Shown: one piece after another, positions 57,803 through 59,385 of the stretch
Layout: the number at the start of each line of letters is the position of its first letter
How positions within the stretch are numbered: position 1 is the stretch's first letter
From: Candidatus Saccharimonadota bacterium
GTDB taxonomy: Bacteria; Patescibacteriota; Saccharimonadia; Saccharimonadales; Saccharimonadaceae
Direction of reading: 5' to 3'
Length of the DNA stretch: 59,385 nt
NCBI GenBank assembly: GCA_013332955.2
Contig: JABCPS020000021.1
Span: forward strand, 1 to 59,385
Notes under the pieces: generated by a model
What the model saw: only the letters and a program-made list of their open reading frames with translations
Databases searched by the model: none
Told to the model about the DNA's origin: nothing
Translations under genes and position numbers: made by a program

Positions 57803-59385
57803 TTAGATAAGATTGGCGTCTTTTAAGAGTTTTTCAGCATCAGTGGTACCCTGAAGTGGGTTTTGGAGTGGGGTCTTTTTCATGATTTCCTCAAATTGAT
57901 CGAGTTTCAAAATCTTGCTTAGGCTATCAAAGATTGGAGTGGACTCAGCTGGGGTTTTAATTTCCTTTTTCTTAGAATCTTTGAAACGCATCACGGCGTG
58001 AGTTTGATCGAGCTCTTTTGAATTCTTTTGGTTAGGAGTGGCAAAGATTAGGCCCTTGATATCGCCCGTAAAAGTGTCGATACCCACGAAGATATTAACA
58101 GTGCTCTTAATTTCTTGAATATATTTGTTATAATCCTTGATGGTTTTATCCTTCAAAACACCCTGCTCTTCCTCTTCATAAGAGTTTGGAGCAAGAGAAT
58201 AGGCGTTCGAAAGACATTTAGAAATTTCGGTATTTTGGGAGGCTTTATTGGCGGCCTCGAGGAAGCGACTGAGCTTATTATCGTTAAAAGTAATGCGGTA
58301 GAGTTTACCGAGGTCACCCGAAAGCTTGGCATAGCTAACAGACTCTTCGCTATTTAATTCAGTAAAATTGGCAAATTCATTGTCGCGGTAAAGCTTAGCC
58401 ATGAGGTCGGATTGCTGATCAAGAGTCTTACCGATATTTTGAGTCACACAAGAAAGAGTCCCGGCAATACCGTTCTGTAAAACTTTTGGTAAGGTAAAGC
58501 CTAGCGTACTACCTACACCTGCAATGACTTCATCAGCATCGATACGTTGCCATTTATTTTCAATTTCCATCGCAAAATCATCGAGAGATTTTTGCATTTC
58601 TGAGTCAATTTCTTTACCCGAACCCTTAAGTACAGCGGTCAAACTATCCTTCAAATGGTCGAGCTTCAGGTAAATTTTGCCATCTTGGGCTAAAATCCCC
58701 TCTAAGCCTAGCAAAATTGGCGAATTATCACCCTTCATGGTGAAATTCAGAGTGGCGTGGACGGCGGCAGAATTTTCTGTACTACCGCGACTTAAACTAA
58801 CGCGAAGGTCGGCCTGCTGGATTTGACTTTCAACCTTGGTATTTAGAGAGTCACCGGTAATGAATTGCTGAAATTCAATATCGGAACCACTAACTTTGTG
58901 GAAGATTTTAGAAAAAGTACTGGCGCTAACGTTTGCGAAAAAGAAAAAGTAAACAAAGAGCGCAATGCCGGCAGCGATAAGCGCAGCAAGGAGATGGAGG
59001 GAGATTTTTTGAGCTTTGGTTTTCTCCTTTTTGGCCGGAGTTTCGACTTCGGTATTAGCTTCGGTATTTTCGGAAGCTGAGTCAGAATTAGATTCGTGGG
59101 TGGAATCGGGAGCAGAGTCAGACACGGAGCTTGGAGCAAACTCAGAAACCCCTTCAGAGACTGCCCCAGAAACGGCGACCGGGGCGGAGTCTTCGACTAG
59201 ATCCTCGTAATTATTTTCTTTTAGGACTTCATCGAGAATGTGGTCTTTATTGTCTGAGATTTCGGTATTTTCAGAAGTATCGGTGTTCTTGGAAGCTTCA
59301 ATTTTTTCAGAGGCTTCAATACCTTCTGAATCTTCGACACTTTCAGAAGCTGCGGCATTTTCGGAAGCTGCAATGTCTTCTGCAA
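57803..59385 (-). CDS. Hypothetical single-pass membrane protein with a long acidic low-complexity N-terminus; start lies beyond the window
   Basis: The frame stays open from 59125 to the window edge (E/S/A/D-rich); TM helix followed by a large extracellular domain. Confidence 0.8.
   Translation of the reverse strand, partial: AEDIAASENAAASESVEDSEGIEASEKIEASKNTDTSENTEISDNKDHILDEVLKENNYEDLVEDSAPVAVSGAVSEGVSEFAPSSVSDSAPDSTHESNSDSASENTEANTEVETPAKKEKTKAQKISLHLLAALIAAGIALFVYFFFFANVSASTFSKIFHKVSGSDIEFQQFITGDSLNTKVESQIQQADLRVSLSRGSTENSAAVHATLNFTMKGDNSPILLGLEGILAQDGKIYLKLDHLKDSLTAVLKGSGKEIDSEMQKSLDDFAMEIENKWQRIDADEVIAGVGSTLGFTLPKVLQNGIAGTLSCVTQNIGKTLDQQSDLMAKLYRDNEFANFTELNSEESVSYAKLSGDLGKLYRITFNDNKLSRFLEAANKASQNTEISKCLSNAYSLAPNSYEEEEQGVLKDKTIKDYNKYIQEIKSTVNIFVGIDTFTGDIKGLIFATPNQKNSKELDQTHAVMRFKDSKKKEIKTPAESTPIFDSLSKILKLDQFEEIMKKTPLQNPLQGTTDAEKLLKDANLI

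Overview
Ordinary chromosomal window of a small-genome bacterium using the standard genetic code. It is most consistent with Saccharibacteria (TM7, Patescibacteria/CPR). This is inferred from the EF-G variant, the secG/family-5 SBP/holin-like gene order, sbcB, the many BspA/DUF285 LRR surface proteins and the CPR-type conserved hypotheticals. Housekeeping genes: rpsJ, tuf, fusA, metK, gatCAB, uvrA, uvrB, uvrC, rsmD, recG, trmD, obg, a ruvX-mltG fusion, sbcB, secG and two tRNA-Leu genes. Accessory content: four dispersed BspA-like adhesin genes sharing an N-terminal domain, a 5'-truncated Fic gene, an orphan lipoprotein between fusA and tuf, a BceAB-like ABC transporter, AT-rich islets and a NYN-domain cassette at tRNA-Leu(GAG). 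I see no CRISPR array, integrase, transposase or prophage. Best candidates for undescribed biology: (1) a NYN/LabA RNase gene paired with a convergent ~60-nt RNA that has its own promoter and terminator, in a cassette bounded by copies of the tRNA-Leu 3' end and terminator (type III toxin-antitoxin-like architecture); (2) an orphan ~115-140 nt structured RNA with its own promoter next to obg; (3) an EF-G whose two guanine-specificity motifs are both rewritten; (4) repeated gene-terminus duplicates that differ almost only at silent positions; (5) a membrane-anchored HEPN-motif protein inside gatCAB. Several in-frame stops, one frameshift and scattered substitutions at invariant residues suggest the sequence carries some base errors.
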